From: a virus
Length of the DNA: 64,000 nt
IMG/VR virus record: IMGVR_UViG_3300028920_000045
Span: 43,750-107,749 of that record
Direction: 5' to 3' (one strand)
Under the pieces are notes generated by a model. That model was not told the origin of the DNA, did not search any database, and saw nothing but the letters and a program-made list of their open reading frames with translations. Made by a program: the position numbers and the translations under genes. Positions 9,125 through 18,453 of the stretch are shown piece after piece; the first letter of the stretch is position 1; each line of letters opens with the position of its first letter.

Positions 9125-11299
9125 ATGGCGACGGTAACCGTTCCCTCGTTTCGATTCGCGGTCTTCTTCTACGCGGAGATCCTCTCCGAACTCCGGGCGT
9201 ACCTCCGGATCAACGTCCCGGAGCTGTCAACCGAGAACGATTACGAACTCGCCGTCCAGATGCTCAAGTCCTTCGCCCTGGTCGGACACCTCAACTCGGT
9301 CCATACCGACGCAGCGGCGAACGAGGCCGTCTTCGGGACGGCGAAACTCCTGGAGTCCGTCCGACAGCACCTCAAGTTGATCGGGGTTGAGCCCGACACG
9401 GCGACCCCCGCCGTCTCGTACATCTTCGCCCGATTGACCAAGGTCTTCGACGCGACGACCGAGGTGGTCCCTCCCTACTCCCAATTTGCGACCGCACCGA
9501 CCGCCGACTCCGTCGGGGTCGTCTTCGAGTACAACGACGACGAGGCCCTCTCGGTTTCCAGGACCGACGAACTCTCGGCCGTCTTCTCGGACAACGGGGG
9601 AACCTTCACCGACTACACAACCGAGGCGGTCTCGGGTGCGTCGTGGTCTCCCTGGCCGACGGTCGAGGCTCAAGACGCGGTGTACTTCGGTCACGACTCG
9701 ATCATCTTCTCCGGGTTCGTGGCCGACGTCGACACGGCCGGGGCGGATTACGACGGGGTCTGGGAGTTCTATGCCGGGTCCCTGGGGTATCCCTACAGCA
9801 ACCCCTCGGACGTAACGGACCTCGGGTCGACTCTCCGCTTCGACCTCGACGGAACCCTCGGGTCCTCGAAAGCAACCGGATCTTTGATCCGAGTCCAGTA
9901 CAACCCGACGGGTGCGTACGAGGATGTCGAGTCACAGTGGGACGGGGTCCATAACTATATCGAGACGTCGACCCTCCTGGGTCAGTCGTCGCCGTCAACC
10001 GAAGAGTCCGACTACACGGTCGGGAGCGAGTGGCTCCGGGTCTTCCAGGTTTCCGACGAGTCCTCTGGGTTCAAGTCGGACGGAGAGGGGTCGGTCTTCT
10101 TCGTCCCGGGAAGCTACGTCCTCCCGTACATTCAGCCCGGGACGGTCAACGGTGTCGAGGCGTACTGGTTCCGATACCGGGTGACCGAGGTCGGTGGCGC
10201 TCCGACCGGACCAGACCTCCAGGAGATCGCCCTCTCCGGGCAGTACCAGATCATCCGATTCGAGGTGACGCAGGGGCAACGGATCGTCCAGGAACCTCTC
10301 GCCGCCGGGACGGGGACGGCGAGTCAACAGTACACCCTCGCCCGGACGTCGTACATCGGGGGGACTCTCCTGATCACCGTCGACCCGGGGACCGGAGCCC
10401 AGGACTGGGAAGAGGTCGACAACTTCCTCAACTCCACCTCGACCGACCGACACTTCACCGTCGAGGTCGGTCAAGACGACATCGTTCTTGTCACCTTCGG
10501 GAACGGAGACAACGGGGCAATCCCTCCCGTCGGTTCCGTGATCAATGCCTATTATCGGATCGGTGCCGACGTCGACGGGAACGTGGCGGCGGGGAGTATC
10601 ACGATCAACCGATCCGGTGTCCCCTACCTCGGAGACATCGCCTCCGGTCCTGGGGTCGGATGGAAACCTGCCCGGGGGTCGGACGCCGAGGACCTGGAGA
10701 AGCTCAAGATCGAGGGACCGGCCGAGATCCGGACTCTGGGGAAGGCCGTCACCGTCGACGACTTCTCCGTCGTCTCCCTCGACTACCAGAACTCCCTCGG
10801 TGCGAAACCGATCTCCCGAGCGTACGCCATCTTCGAGGAACTCGGACCGAAGACCGTGGGTCTTCACCTCGTCGCCTCGGGTGGGAACTTCCTCACGGCC
10901 GACGTCCTGGAGGACGTGGAGAAGTGGTACAACGGGGACGACGATCTCGATTACGACACCCGGGTCCTCATGGGGTACCAGGTCGGAGCCCAGAACTATC
11001 GACGGAAGACGATCACCGTCGAGGCCACGGTCAAGGCCCGGGGTGTGACCCAGGGTCAGATCAAGGCAGCTCTCCAGACATTCCTCAACCCACTGGCGAC
11101 CCACGACGACGGGGTCACCTGGAGATGGGACTTCGGAGAGAAGGTCCCCACGTCGAAGATCATCGGAGCAATCGACGGAGTCGCACCGGACAAGATCGAG
11201 GAAGTGACCTTGACCGTCCCTGCCTCCGACGTGTATCTGGACCCGGACGAGCTGCCGTGGGTCACGAACGCGGACCTCACGATCACGGTCGTCGAGTAG
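9125..11299 (+). CDS. Baseplate J-like wedge protein
   Basis: FGNGDNGAIPPVG, YRIGADVDGNV and KAVTVDDF motifs; 724 aa. Confidence 0.88.
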   Translation: MATVTVPSFRFAVFFYAEILSELRAYLRINVPELSTENDYELAVQMLKSFALVGHLNSVHTDAAANEAVFGTAKLLESVRQHLKLIGVEPDTATPAVSYIFARLTKVFDATTEVVPPYSQFATAPTADSVGVVFEYNDDEALSVSRTDELSAVFSDNGGTFTDYTTEAVSGASWSPWPTVEAQDAVYFGHDSIIFSGFVADVDTAGADYDGVWEFYAGSLGYPYSNPSDVTDLGSTLRFDLDGTLGSSKATGSLIRVQYNPTGAYEDVESQWDGVHNYIETSTLLGQSSPSTEESDYTVGSEWLRVFQVSDESSGFKSDGEGSVFFVPGSYVLPYIQPGTVNGVEAYWFRYRVTEVGGAPTGPDLQEIALSGQYQIIRFEVTQGQRIVQEPLAAGTGTASQQYTLARTSYIGGTLLITVDPGTGAQDWEEVDNFLNSTSTDRHFTVEVGQDDIVLVTFGNGDNGAIPPVGSVINAYYRIGADVDGNVAAGSITINRSGVPYLGDIASGPGVGWKPARGSDAEDLEKLKIEGPAEIRTLGKAVTVDDFSVVSLDYQNSLGAKPISRAYAIFEELGPKTVGLHLVASGGNFLTADVLEDVEKWYNGDDDLDYDTRVLMGYQVGAQNYRRKTITVEATVKARGVTQGQIKAALQTFLNPLATHDDGVTWRWDFGEKVPTSKIIGAIDGVAPDKIEEVTLTVPASDVYLDPDELPWVTNADLTITVVE

Positions 11300-11309
11300 G
11301 AGCGGCCCG

Positions 11310-12803
11310 ATGGCGAACGAAGAGTCCTTCGAGAGAGACGCCTATCGGTTCCTGCCCTTCTTCACCCGGAGGGAGGACCAGGACAAGGGGGGCTCTCTCC
11401 TCCGTCGGATCTTCGGGGCGGTCAATTCCGTCTGGGACCAGGTCGCGGACAAGATCGAAGAGATCAGAACTCTCCCGGACCCGACACAGGCTCCGGTCGA
11501 GACCCTCAAGCACCGGATGTCCCTGGTCGGCTTCGGTGGACCATTCTCGCACGTCTGGTCGGCTCTCGGTGAAGAGGACCTCCGTCGTCTCCTCTTCGCG
11601 GCTGTCCCTCTCTGGAGGGCGTCGGGAACCGTGGCCGCAATCAAGATCGCCGCCCGTCTCCTGACCGGCAAACCGATCCTTGTACGAGACTCGCACTCGT
11701 TCCTCCCGGTTTTCACGCAGAGTCCGGGGATCACCTTCGGGGTCAAGTATCGACCGAGGTACGACGAGGGTGAGTCGTTCTGGCTCGTCGGTCCGTCGAC
11801 GTCGTCCCCCCACGACATCGACTCGATTGATCTTCACCTGATCGACGAGGGTCTCAACCGGACTCTCCTCACCGACCTCCTCGGGGCGATTCGGTCTGGC
11901 GGTGAGAAGATCGTGATCGTGTACGCCGACTTTGTCGAGGACTGGGAAGGGACGGAGCTACGACCGTGGTGGGGGTACTCGTCTGGGGATGTCACGGTCG
12001 AGGACCGGTCCCTCCTCCTGGGACCGGGGGACGGTGGCGATCCGGACATGGTCGCCCTCACCGAGATCTCAACTCTGCCCTTTGGGGACTTCTACTTCTC
12101 GACCTCGTTTCTGGTCGAGAACCCGTCGGCGGTTGAGGACAGTTCGTTCACGGTCTTTTTCCGGGTCGACCTCGACGTCTTCGGTCCTGACCCGACGGGG
12201 TACGCTCTCTTTACTCTCTGCGGGTCCGGACCGTCGGCCGTCAATCGGTTCTGGCGGTTGATCCGTTTCGAGAACGGACAACCCCCCGCCCTTCTCGCCA
12301 CTGGTACTCTCGACTGGCTTGGCCCGAATCAGGAGTACCACCTCGGGATTACTTGCCGAGAAGAAGGGGTCGGAACCAGGATTCGGATCACCATTGACGG
12401 AGTCGTGATCGACGAGGTCGACGACGCGTACTCTGGTCGTCCCCTGGAGGGGAGCTTCGTCCTAATGAATATCGAAGCCGACGCCTCCCAGACCGTTCGG
12501 GTCGGGACGACCGAAGTCCTCCGGTACCCGGGAGACGTCGGACTCGTCGGACCGGTCCTCCAGGTCCACCCGACGAGGTACTCCCTGACCAGCGGACAGT
12601 CGGTCACCCTCCGAGCCCGGGGCGGGTCCGGGTCCTACGGATGGGACTTCGACGAGAACAACTCCGGGGGGACCGTGACGCCCCTCGACGAAGACGAGGC
12701 CGAGTACACGGCCGGGACCGTGGTCTCCACCGTGGTCGACCTGGTCAGACTCGAAGACAACTTCGGCAACACGACGGTCGCAGAGATCACCGTCGAGCCG
12801 TAG
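11310..12803 (+). CDS. Baseplate wedge / tail protein I-like with added beta-sandwich and Ig-like domains
   Basis: YRFLPFFTRRED, LPDPTQAP and LWRASGTVAAIK (gpI-like) followed by a beta-rich extension. Confidence 0.75.
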   Translation: MANEESFERDAYRFLPFFTRREDQDKGGSLLRRIFGAVNSVWDQVADKIEEIRTLPDPTQAPVETLKHRMSLVGFGGPFSHVWSALGEEDLRRLLFAAVPLWRASGTVAAIKIAARLLTGKPILVRDSHSFLPVFTQSPGITFGVKYRPRYDEGESFWLVGPSTSSPHDIDSIDLHLIDEGLNRTLLTDLLGAIRSGGEKIVIVYADFVEDWEGTELRPWWGYSSGDVTVEDRSLLLGPGDGGDPDMVALTEISTLPFGDFYFSTSFLVENPSAVEDSSFTVFFRVDLDVFGPDPTGYALFTLCGSGPSAVNRFWRLIRFENGQPPALLATGTLDWLGPNQEYHLGITCREEGVGTRIRITIDGVVIDEVDDAYSGRPLEGSFVLMNIEADASQTVRVGTTEVLRYPGDVGLVGPVLQVHPTRYSLTSGQSVTLRARGGSGSYGWDFDENNSGGTVTPLDEDEAEYTAGTVVSTVVDLVRLEDNFGNTTVAEITVEP

Positions 12804-12815
12804 AGGAGAGGGAAG

Positions 12816-15800
12816 ATGTCGACCGGTGACAAGCGGATCAATATGTATCCGAAGAAGGTGGCACCCGAGGACCAGATCCGAGAGGGTTGGCTTGAGTACA
12901 CCCTGTCGTTGATCTCGGACAACCTCAAGGCCCTGTACCCTTCGTCCGGGTTCTTCTCGGCTCCGACGGTGGCGGCTGGTTCCGTCGAGGACACCTTCGA
13001 GATCTCGTCGTTCACCGGTCTGTACGCAGGAGACGTCGGCCGGTATTTCGACTATGCCGGTGGAGACGAGATCCCCTTCGAGAACGCCAACACGGTCGAA
13101 TACTGGGCGGCAGTACACCTCGCCCTGGTCCCGGTCCTCGACGCGACCGGATTGGAGGGGAGTCCCGACTTCGCCACCTTCCGGTATTCCCAGCTCGAAG
13201 AGATGGTCGGGTACTTCGTCGAGCCCGACTCGGTCGTGGATACCGGGAGCGGCGTCAAGTTCTACCTCAACGACGTCCTCACCGGGAACGTCGGTTCGGG
13301 TGCCTTCGACCAGTCCGGTCGAGAAGTGTACGTCATGCTCTGGCCCGACCCGGAGAGTCTCGACCCGGCCGAGGCTTTCCAGCTCAAGACCGTCGCATGG
13401 GACACGTCGGACAACACGGTCACGACGACGAACTATCTGGGCGCGACCGGGATCAAGGCCGCGTCCTTCTATCGGGTCTTCGTCCCGGTGTGTACGGTGT
13501 CGAAGTCGTCCCCGTCGAATCCCGCCCTCTGGACGGTCAAGATCACCGGCAACGGCCCGACGGCCTTCCCGTCGGCCTTCGACTACTCGGGGCAGAATAT
13601 CCTCGGGTTCTCCCCGGCGACGATCACCGCCGCTTTCCAGAGGGAGCACGTCCTCTCCGGGAGTGCCGACGACGGGCGGCACAAGGACGTCACCTTCGGG
13701 ACCATGAGGAACCGGACCACGGCCGAGGGCGGGTCGGCAGGAAACAAGTTCTATCTTCGGTCCGTGAACTCGGGAGACGACGCAAACGAACTCTTCCGGG
13801 TCCTCAATAACGCGGGCTCGACCGTGGTCAAGATCAAGGGATCGGGTGAGACGACCATCGAAGAGGACTTCTACCTCAACGGGGACTTCGTCCAGTTCCT
13901 CGGGAACGGAGAGAACCATTCGATCTCGGGGATCGGATCGCAACGAATCCAGCCCATGCCGTTCCTCGACTTCCGGTCCTACAGCGAGTCCCCAGACGGA
14001 AACGCGAAGGGTGTGAGCCTCGTCGTCTCGGGGTCGACGTACTCGACTCCTCGACTCATGCTCCACCTCGTTCCGTACCATCAGGGGTCGGACTTCCCGT
14101 CGGACATGGTCTGCACGGTCCACGACACGGGACTCGTCGACGTGTCCGGAGCCGCTGACTTCACGGCCGACCCGGTTCTCCCTCTCCTCTCGACCGACTC
14201 CTTCGTCGTGAGGATCGACGGGACCACGAACCGGGACGGAATTTACTCGGCCGAAGTCATTGACGCGGATACCCTCGACGTACACGAACTCGACGAGTCC
14301 TCGGTTTCCTGGTCGGGGGGTGACCAGGCAGGAACGATCACCCTCTACACGATCAAGACGACCATCGCCTCGTACGAGACGGGGGGAGGTGGTCTCGACG
14401 TCGGGTTCCGGACGTCGTCGTACGACCCGGGCTCCGTCGGTCTCGGTTACATGGCCGTAGACAACCCCGCCCCGGTCGGTGGGAATGAGGTCTTCGGGTA
14501 CGGGTTCGCCCACGTCGACGTGGCGAGAGACGAGATCGTTTTCGCCACCGAGAGCGGGGGAGCCGCCCGAGGGTGGGCCTTCGGTGGACGGGATAACAGT
14601 CCGGTTGACCCCGCCGACACGACGGGACCGAAGGAGAGGTACATCGGTCTCGACGCCCTGGGGTACTCGGCCGAGGTCGACGACGTCCTCCTCATGACCG
14701 GAGAGGAGAACGGCGACGGTCGAGTGTACATCGGTCGCCCGGAGGAGGACTCCGCGAACTGGCCCTTCCTCCAGTTGACCGAACCGTTCCTCGTCCTCGA
14801 CGTCGACAGCGGGTCGATCCTCTGGACCGACCTCCGACCGTGGGCGACCGGTCAGGACCTCGGGACGTCGTCGTACCGATGGGACGTCTTCGTCGAGGAC
14901 TTCGACATCAATGGGGACGTGACCGGAGACCTGGTCCCCGTGGCTTCGTACCAAAACCTCGGGGATGCGTCTCACGTCTGGAACCTGTATTGCGCCAACC
15001 TCTTCGGTGACGCGGGAGCGGTCACGGTCGGAGCCCACTTCGAGCCTCTCGCGTCGAGTACCTACAACCTCGGTCACAGCTCTCGTCCGTGGGCGTACGT
15101 CTACGGATGGCGGTACAACATGAGCGGAGACGTCGCCTCCCCGAATCAGGGAGGATGGACGTCTCACAACTTCCCGAACCTCGACGACACGTACGACCTC
15201 GGACGACCGGTCGGGACGGGAGCCGGTACCCGGTGGCGAGACCTTCACTGTATGACCGGCACGTTCTACGAAACGCCCGGGACCCTCGCCATCGACTGTC
15301 GAGGTGACGCCGACATCGACGGAGACCTGGACGTCGGCGGTGACACGGTCCTCAAGGGAGACGTGACCCTCGGGTTCGCAATCGGGGACGACGTCGAGGT
15401 CCATGCAGGAGAACTCAAGCCCCTGTCTTCCGAGTCCCGGTGGCTCGGCCGAGCCCACACTAACAACGGGGGGATCACCCTCGCCCTCTGGGACATCCTC
15501 GCCTCTCGGTCGTGGTGGGTCGCAGAGAGGATGCACGTCGGGTCCGATTACGACCGATTCGGTCCGTGGACTCCGGGCGATGATCCGGACGGCGGGATCG
15601 ACGTCGAGTACCTGGTCAACCCGGCCGAGGGAAACGCACCGGGCGGGGCGTGGGGGTTCTCCTCGGTTCCGGACTGGACCCTCGGGGCCAGTGAGACCGA
15701 CGAGGTCCTCTTCTTCCCGATGGGCGATCTCCCTCACGGGGCGATCCTCCGCTCCTTCGAGGGACGGTCCTACACGGACGGGACCCTCTCGAAATTCGAC

Positions 15801-16100
15801 GTCGAGTTCGGGTACTGGTCGGGGGACCAGAGCAACGGATGGGCCTGGACCTCGGTCCAGACTCTCGACGTCGCCGCCATCGGTACCGGTAACCAGAACT
15901 GGTCGACCGGGTCCACCGAACCGAACGACCCGATTGACCTGTCGCAGACACCGAGACGTCAGTACGGATTCCGGGTGATCGCTACGACCGGCGTGGGACA
16001 GTCCGCGAAGATCCTGTCCCTGGCACTCGACCTCAAGGTCGACCAGGCCGATCCGTTCCCGGGGTTCGCTGACTACTCGACGGGTGCGAACCCGAGTTAA
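12816..16100 (+). CDS. Tail fibre / receptor-binding protein
   Basis: 1094 aa after the wedge genes; repeated (D/N)LG...(R/P/V)W fibre-type repeats. Confidence 0.75.
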   Translation: MSTGDKRINMYPKKVAPEDQIREGWLEYTLSLISDNLKALYPSSGFFSAPTVAAGSVEDTFEISSFTGLYAGDVGRYFDYAGGDEIPFENANTVEYWAAVHLALVPVLDATGLEGSPDFATFRYSQLEEMVGYFVEPDSVVDTGSGVKFYLNDVLTGNVGSGAFDQSGREVYVMLWPDPESLDPAEAFQLKTVAWDTSDNTVTTTNYLGATGIKAASFYRVFVPVCTVSKSSPSNPALWTVKITGNGPTAFPSAFDYSGQNILGFSPATITAAFQREHVLSGSADDGRHKDVTFGTMRNRTTAEGGSAGNKFYLRSVNSGDDANELFRVLNNAGSTVVKIKGSGETTIEEDFYLNGDFVQFLGNGENHSISGIGSQRIQPMPFLDFRSYSESPDGNAKGVSLVVSGSTYSTPRLMLHLVPYHQGSDFPSDMVCTVHDTGLVDVSGAADFTADPVLPLLSTDSFVVRIDGTTNRDGIYSAEVIDADTLDVHELDESSVSWSGGDQAGTITLYTIKTTIASYETGGGGLDVGFRTSSYDPGSVGLGYMAVDNPAPVGGNEVFGYGFAHVDVARDEIVFATESGGAARGWAFGGRDNSPVDPADTTGPKERYIGLDALGYSAEVDDVLLMTGEENGDGRVYIGRPEEDSANWPFLQLTEPFLVLDVDSGSILWTDLRPWATGQDLGTSSYRWDVFVEDFDINGDVTGDLVPVASYQNLGDASHVWNLYCANLFGDAGAVTVGAHFEPLASSTYNLGHSSRPWAYVYGWRYNMSGDVASPNQGGWTSHNFPNLDDTYDLGRPVGTGAGTRWRDLHCMTGTFYETPGTLAIDCRGDADIDGDLDVGGDTVLKGDVTLGFAIGDDVEVHAGELKPLSSESRWLGRAHTNNGGITLALWDILASRSWWVAERMHVGSDYDRFGPWTPGDDPDGGIDVEYLVNPAEGNAPGGAWGFSSVPDWTLGASETDEVLFFPMGDLPHGAILRSFEGRSYTDGTLSKFDVEFGYWSGDQSNGWAWTSVQTLDVAAIGTGNQNWSTGSTEPNDPIDLSQTPRRQYGFRVIATTGVGQSAKILSLALDLKVDQADPFPGFADYSTGANPS

Positions 16101-16163
16101 TCGTTGACCCGGTACTAACCGTCGACAGGGGGTCGACGCGATAGGCCGAGGAGGAGAGAGAAG

Positions 16164-16832
16164 ATGTCCCAGAGCAAGTCGAAGAAGAAGAAGCGGATCG
16201 CCAAGGTCGTCGGGAAGCCCCAGAGACCGGACCCGGCAGCTCCCGTCCCGACTCGGAGCCTCCCTCCGGGGGCGGTCCCGGTCCAGGTCCCGGCCCAGAC
16301 CATGACCACCTCGGGGGACAAGGACCTCGACGGTCGGGCCGACCGTCTCCTCCGGTCCGACCCCGAGAAGATCGAGGACCCGACCCTCCGTCTCCTGATC
16401 AAGACCTGGAGACCGAAGGCACTGACCCACGCCGGTCACACCGGTCGGCTCGAAAACCTCAAGGCCCAGATCCGGGGAGCCGAGGACGAGATCCAGAAGG
16501 CCCGGGGCGGGATCTCCTCGGTCGAGGAGATGATCTTCGAGCGGCTCCGCGAGATGGACCAGGAGGAGGCCGAGGGCCAGGAGGAGACCGACGACCAGGT
16601 CGAGGAGGGGTCCCAGGACTCCCAGGACGGGCCAGGAGACGAGAACTCCCCCGAGGACGGACAGGAGGACCCCCAGGAGGAGAACGAGGCCCAGGAGGGC
16701 GAGGAGACGGCCGAGTCCACCCCGGACCCGGCCGAGACCAAGGGGGAACCCGAGACGGAGACCGAGACCGAGGACGGTGAGGTTCCGGCCGAGGAGACCG
16801 TCGACAAGACCGGGGAGGCCGAGACCGGCTGA
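16164..16832 (+). CDS. Hypothetical protein (basic N-terminus, coiled coil, acidic tail)
   Basis: RBS GAGGAGGAG; ORF composition. Confidence 0.6.
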   Translation: MSQSKSKKKKRIAKVVGKPQRPDPAAPVPTRSLPPGAVPVQVPAQTMTTSGDKDLDGRADRLLRSDPEKIEDPTLRLLIKTWRPKALTHAGHTGRLENLKAQIRGAEDEIQKARGGISSVEEMIFERLREMDQEEAEGQEETDDQVEEGSQDSQDGPGDENSPEDGQEDPQEENEAQEGEETAESTPDPAETKGEPETETETEDGEVPAEETVDKTGEAETG

Positions 16833-16852
16833 CCCGGTTCCGGAGGAACGAA

Positions 16853-17212
16853 ATGGAAGACGTGATCGCCAAGGCACTCGGACACCTCCTCTCCTGGGAG
16901 GTACTCTCGCTGGCAGGAGGGGTGTACTTCCTCCTCGTCGTGGTGAAGATCCTGATCGGGCAGGAGGTCAAGGACAAGCCCTTGATCAACCGCCTCCTCT
17001 TCGTCGCCCCGTTCCTGGTCTGCGTCGGGGTGGCCTTCGTCCCGGGTATGTTCTCCGAGGTCTCGACCTGGGGTGGAGCCCTTCGCATGGGTCTCTGGAC
17101 CGGTGGGGTGTCGATCTTCTATCACGTCTTCCTCAAGTTCCTCCTCGGGGACAAGATCCGGAAGGCCATGTCGGACCGGGTCTCGTCCCTGATCGGGAAG
17201 GGCTCGTCGTGA
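16853..17212 (+). CDS. Putative holin (about 3 TM segments)
   Basis: 119 aa, three hydrophobic segments, basic C-terminus, located after the tail genes. Confidence 0.6.
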   Translation: MEDVIAKALGHLLSWEVLSLAGGVYFLLVVVKILIGQEVKDKPLINRLLFVAPFLVCVGVAFVPGMFSEVSTWGGALRMGLWTGGVSIFYHVFLKFLLGDKIRKAMSDRVSSLIGKGSS

Positions 17213-17604
17213 CCATCCTCAAGGAACGAGTCAAGACCCTCTGGCTTCGAGTTCGTCGGGGAGGGTGGAAGGTCTGGCTCGTCGTCGTCCTGGTCGTGGT
17301 CGGTGTCCTCGCGGTCCTCAAGTTCGTCCTCTCCGGTGGGGGTCTCTTCACGACGAAGGGCAAGGCCGGGGAGAGGGTCCGCGAGGAAGTGAAGAAGACG
17401 GCCGGGATGATCGAGGGTGCCATCGCCGGGACCCGGGAGAGGATCAAGACACGAACCAAGGTGATCGAGGAGAGGGAGACCGAGATCGAGGAGATCAAGA
17501 CCCTCGACTCCGAGGTCGAGAAACTCCGACGTCTGGCCGAACTCTCGAATCGGACCGTCCCTCGACGTGGCCGGGACCAGGGGCGACGAAGGGGGTCACC
17601 GTGA
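17209..17604 (+). CDS. Putative i-spanin-like protein (N-terminal TM plus coiled coil)
   Basis: GTG overlaps holin stop; WLVVVLVVVGVLAVLKF then charged coiled coil. Confidence 0.5.
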   Translation: MTILKERVKTLWLRVRRGGWKVWLVVVLVVVGVLAVLKFVLSGGGLFTTKGKAGERVREEVKKTAGMIEGAIAGTRERIKTRTKVIEERETEIEEIKTLDSEVEKLRRLAELSNRTVPRRGRDQGRRRGSP

Positions 17605-18122
17605 ACCCAGACACCCGCCGAGGTCCGTTCGGCCGTCCTGGGGGACCTCACGTCCTCCTGGTCGTGGTCCTGGTCGGTCTCATGTCCTCGATCCCGGGTC
17701 GGGCCTGGGCCGAGGGGATCAAGCTCCTTCCTGGTCTCCGAGTCGACTGGACGACCCTCCCCGAGTTCCAGCCCGCTCCAGACCCAGACCCGATCCCGGC
17801 CGACGACCCCGGAGCGGTCCTCGTCGAGAAGGGACAGGAGGCTCCGTTCTCCGGTCTCCTGATCTCGGCCGACCGGATGATCTGGTACGAGGCCGTCGTC
17901 GTCCAGAGGGACAAGCTCAAGGTCCAGGTCGAAGAGACCGTCGACCTGGCCCAGACGATCCAGACCACGGCCCTCGAAGGGATGGAACGAGCCGCGAAAG
18001 CCGCCGAGCCCAAGTGGTACGAGTCACCCGAGGTCAACCGGTGGGGAGGGTTCCTCCTGGGTCTGGTCCTGGTCTCGGGTGTCGTCGGTGTCGCCGTCGG
18101 AGTCTCCCAGGCCGTCGACTAA
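17601..18122 (+). CDS. Exported protein with signal peptide and C-terminal TM (possible non-canonical spanin partner)
   Basis: LLVVVLVGLMSSIPGRAWA|EG signal, coiled coil, C-terminal GFLLGLVLVSGVVGVAVG. Confidence 0.5.
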   Translation: MNPDTRRGPFGRPGGPHVLLVVVLVGLMSSIPGRAWAEGIKLLPGLRVDWTTLPEFQPAPDPDPIPADDPGAVLVEKGQEAPFSGLLISADRMIWYEAVVVQRDKLKVQVEETVDLAQTIQTTALEGMERAAKAAEPKWYESPEVNRWGGFLLGLVLVSGVVGVAVGVSQAVD

Positions 18123-18150
18123 CGTGTCCCCTCCCCGCGCCTAGTCCGTC

Positions 18151-18166
18151 CAGCTCTCGAAGTATC
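18151..18166 (+). promoter_or_regulatory. Candidate phage-specific promoter motif CAGCTCTCGAAGTATC
   Basis: Intergenic; identical 16-mer at 36346-36361. Confidence 0.55.
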
Positions 18167-18210
18167 CTTCGACTCTATACCCGGAGCCCTCACACCCTCC
18201 GGGGTCGAGG

Positions 18211-18453
18211 TTGTCGACTGTGAAGAAGAACCCCCTCCGAGAGAAGTTCCGACCAGGGGTCCGAGACCCCGATGTCGTCTGTCGAGGGAGGGAGATCCTG
18301 ACCGGGTTCTGTGTCCGTCACCGATGGCGGGTCAACCGGGACGGGCTTCCCTGCGACGAGGCGAACCAGAGGAACGTGACCCGGTGCGGGGAGTGTGTCC
18401 ACTATCGGAGCCCGAAGGACGAGGTCGAAGATGATCCGCTTCCGCGTCGGTGA
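18211..18453 (+). CDS. Small Cys-rich hypothetical protein
   Basis: Fills the gap before the helicase; five Cys including CGEC; start uncertain (18211 or 18220). Confidence 0.5.
   Translation: MSTVKKNPLREKFRPGVRDPDVVCRGREILTGFCVRHRWRVNRDGLPCDEANQRNVTRCGECVHYRSPKDEVEDDPLPRR

Noticed and set aside
13428-13438. CGAACTATC match to the candidate promoter motif inside the tail fibre gene
   Set aside because: Mid-gene, lacks the upstream pyrimidines and has no downstream gene start; probably chance
1-16100. Extracellular contractile injection system or tailocin
   Set aside because: Contiguous with a complete phage replication module and typical phage accessory genes
12462-16877. Very long minus-strand ORFs (e.g. 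1471 aa at 12462-16877, 883 aa at 36314-38965, 786 aa at 19953-22313)
   Set aside because: Antisense shadows of real + strand genes; high GC and scarce TTA/CTA/TCA triplets remove stops; no recognisable motifs
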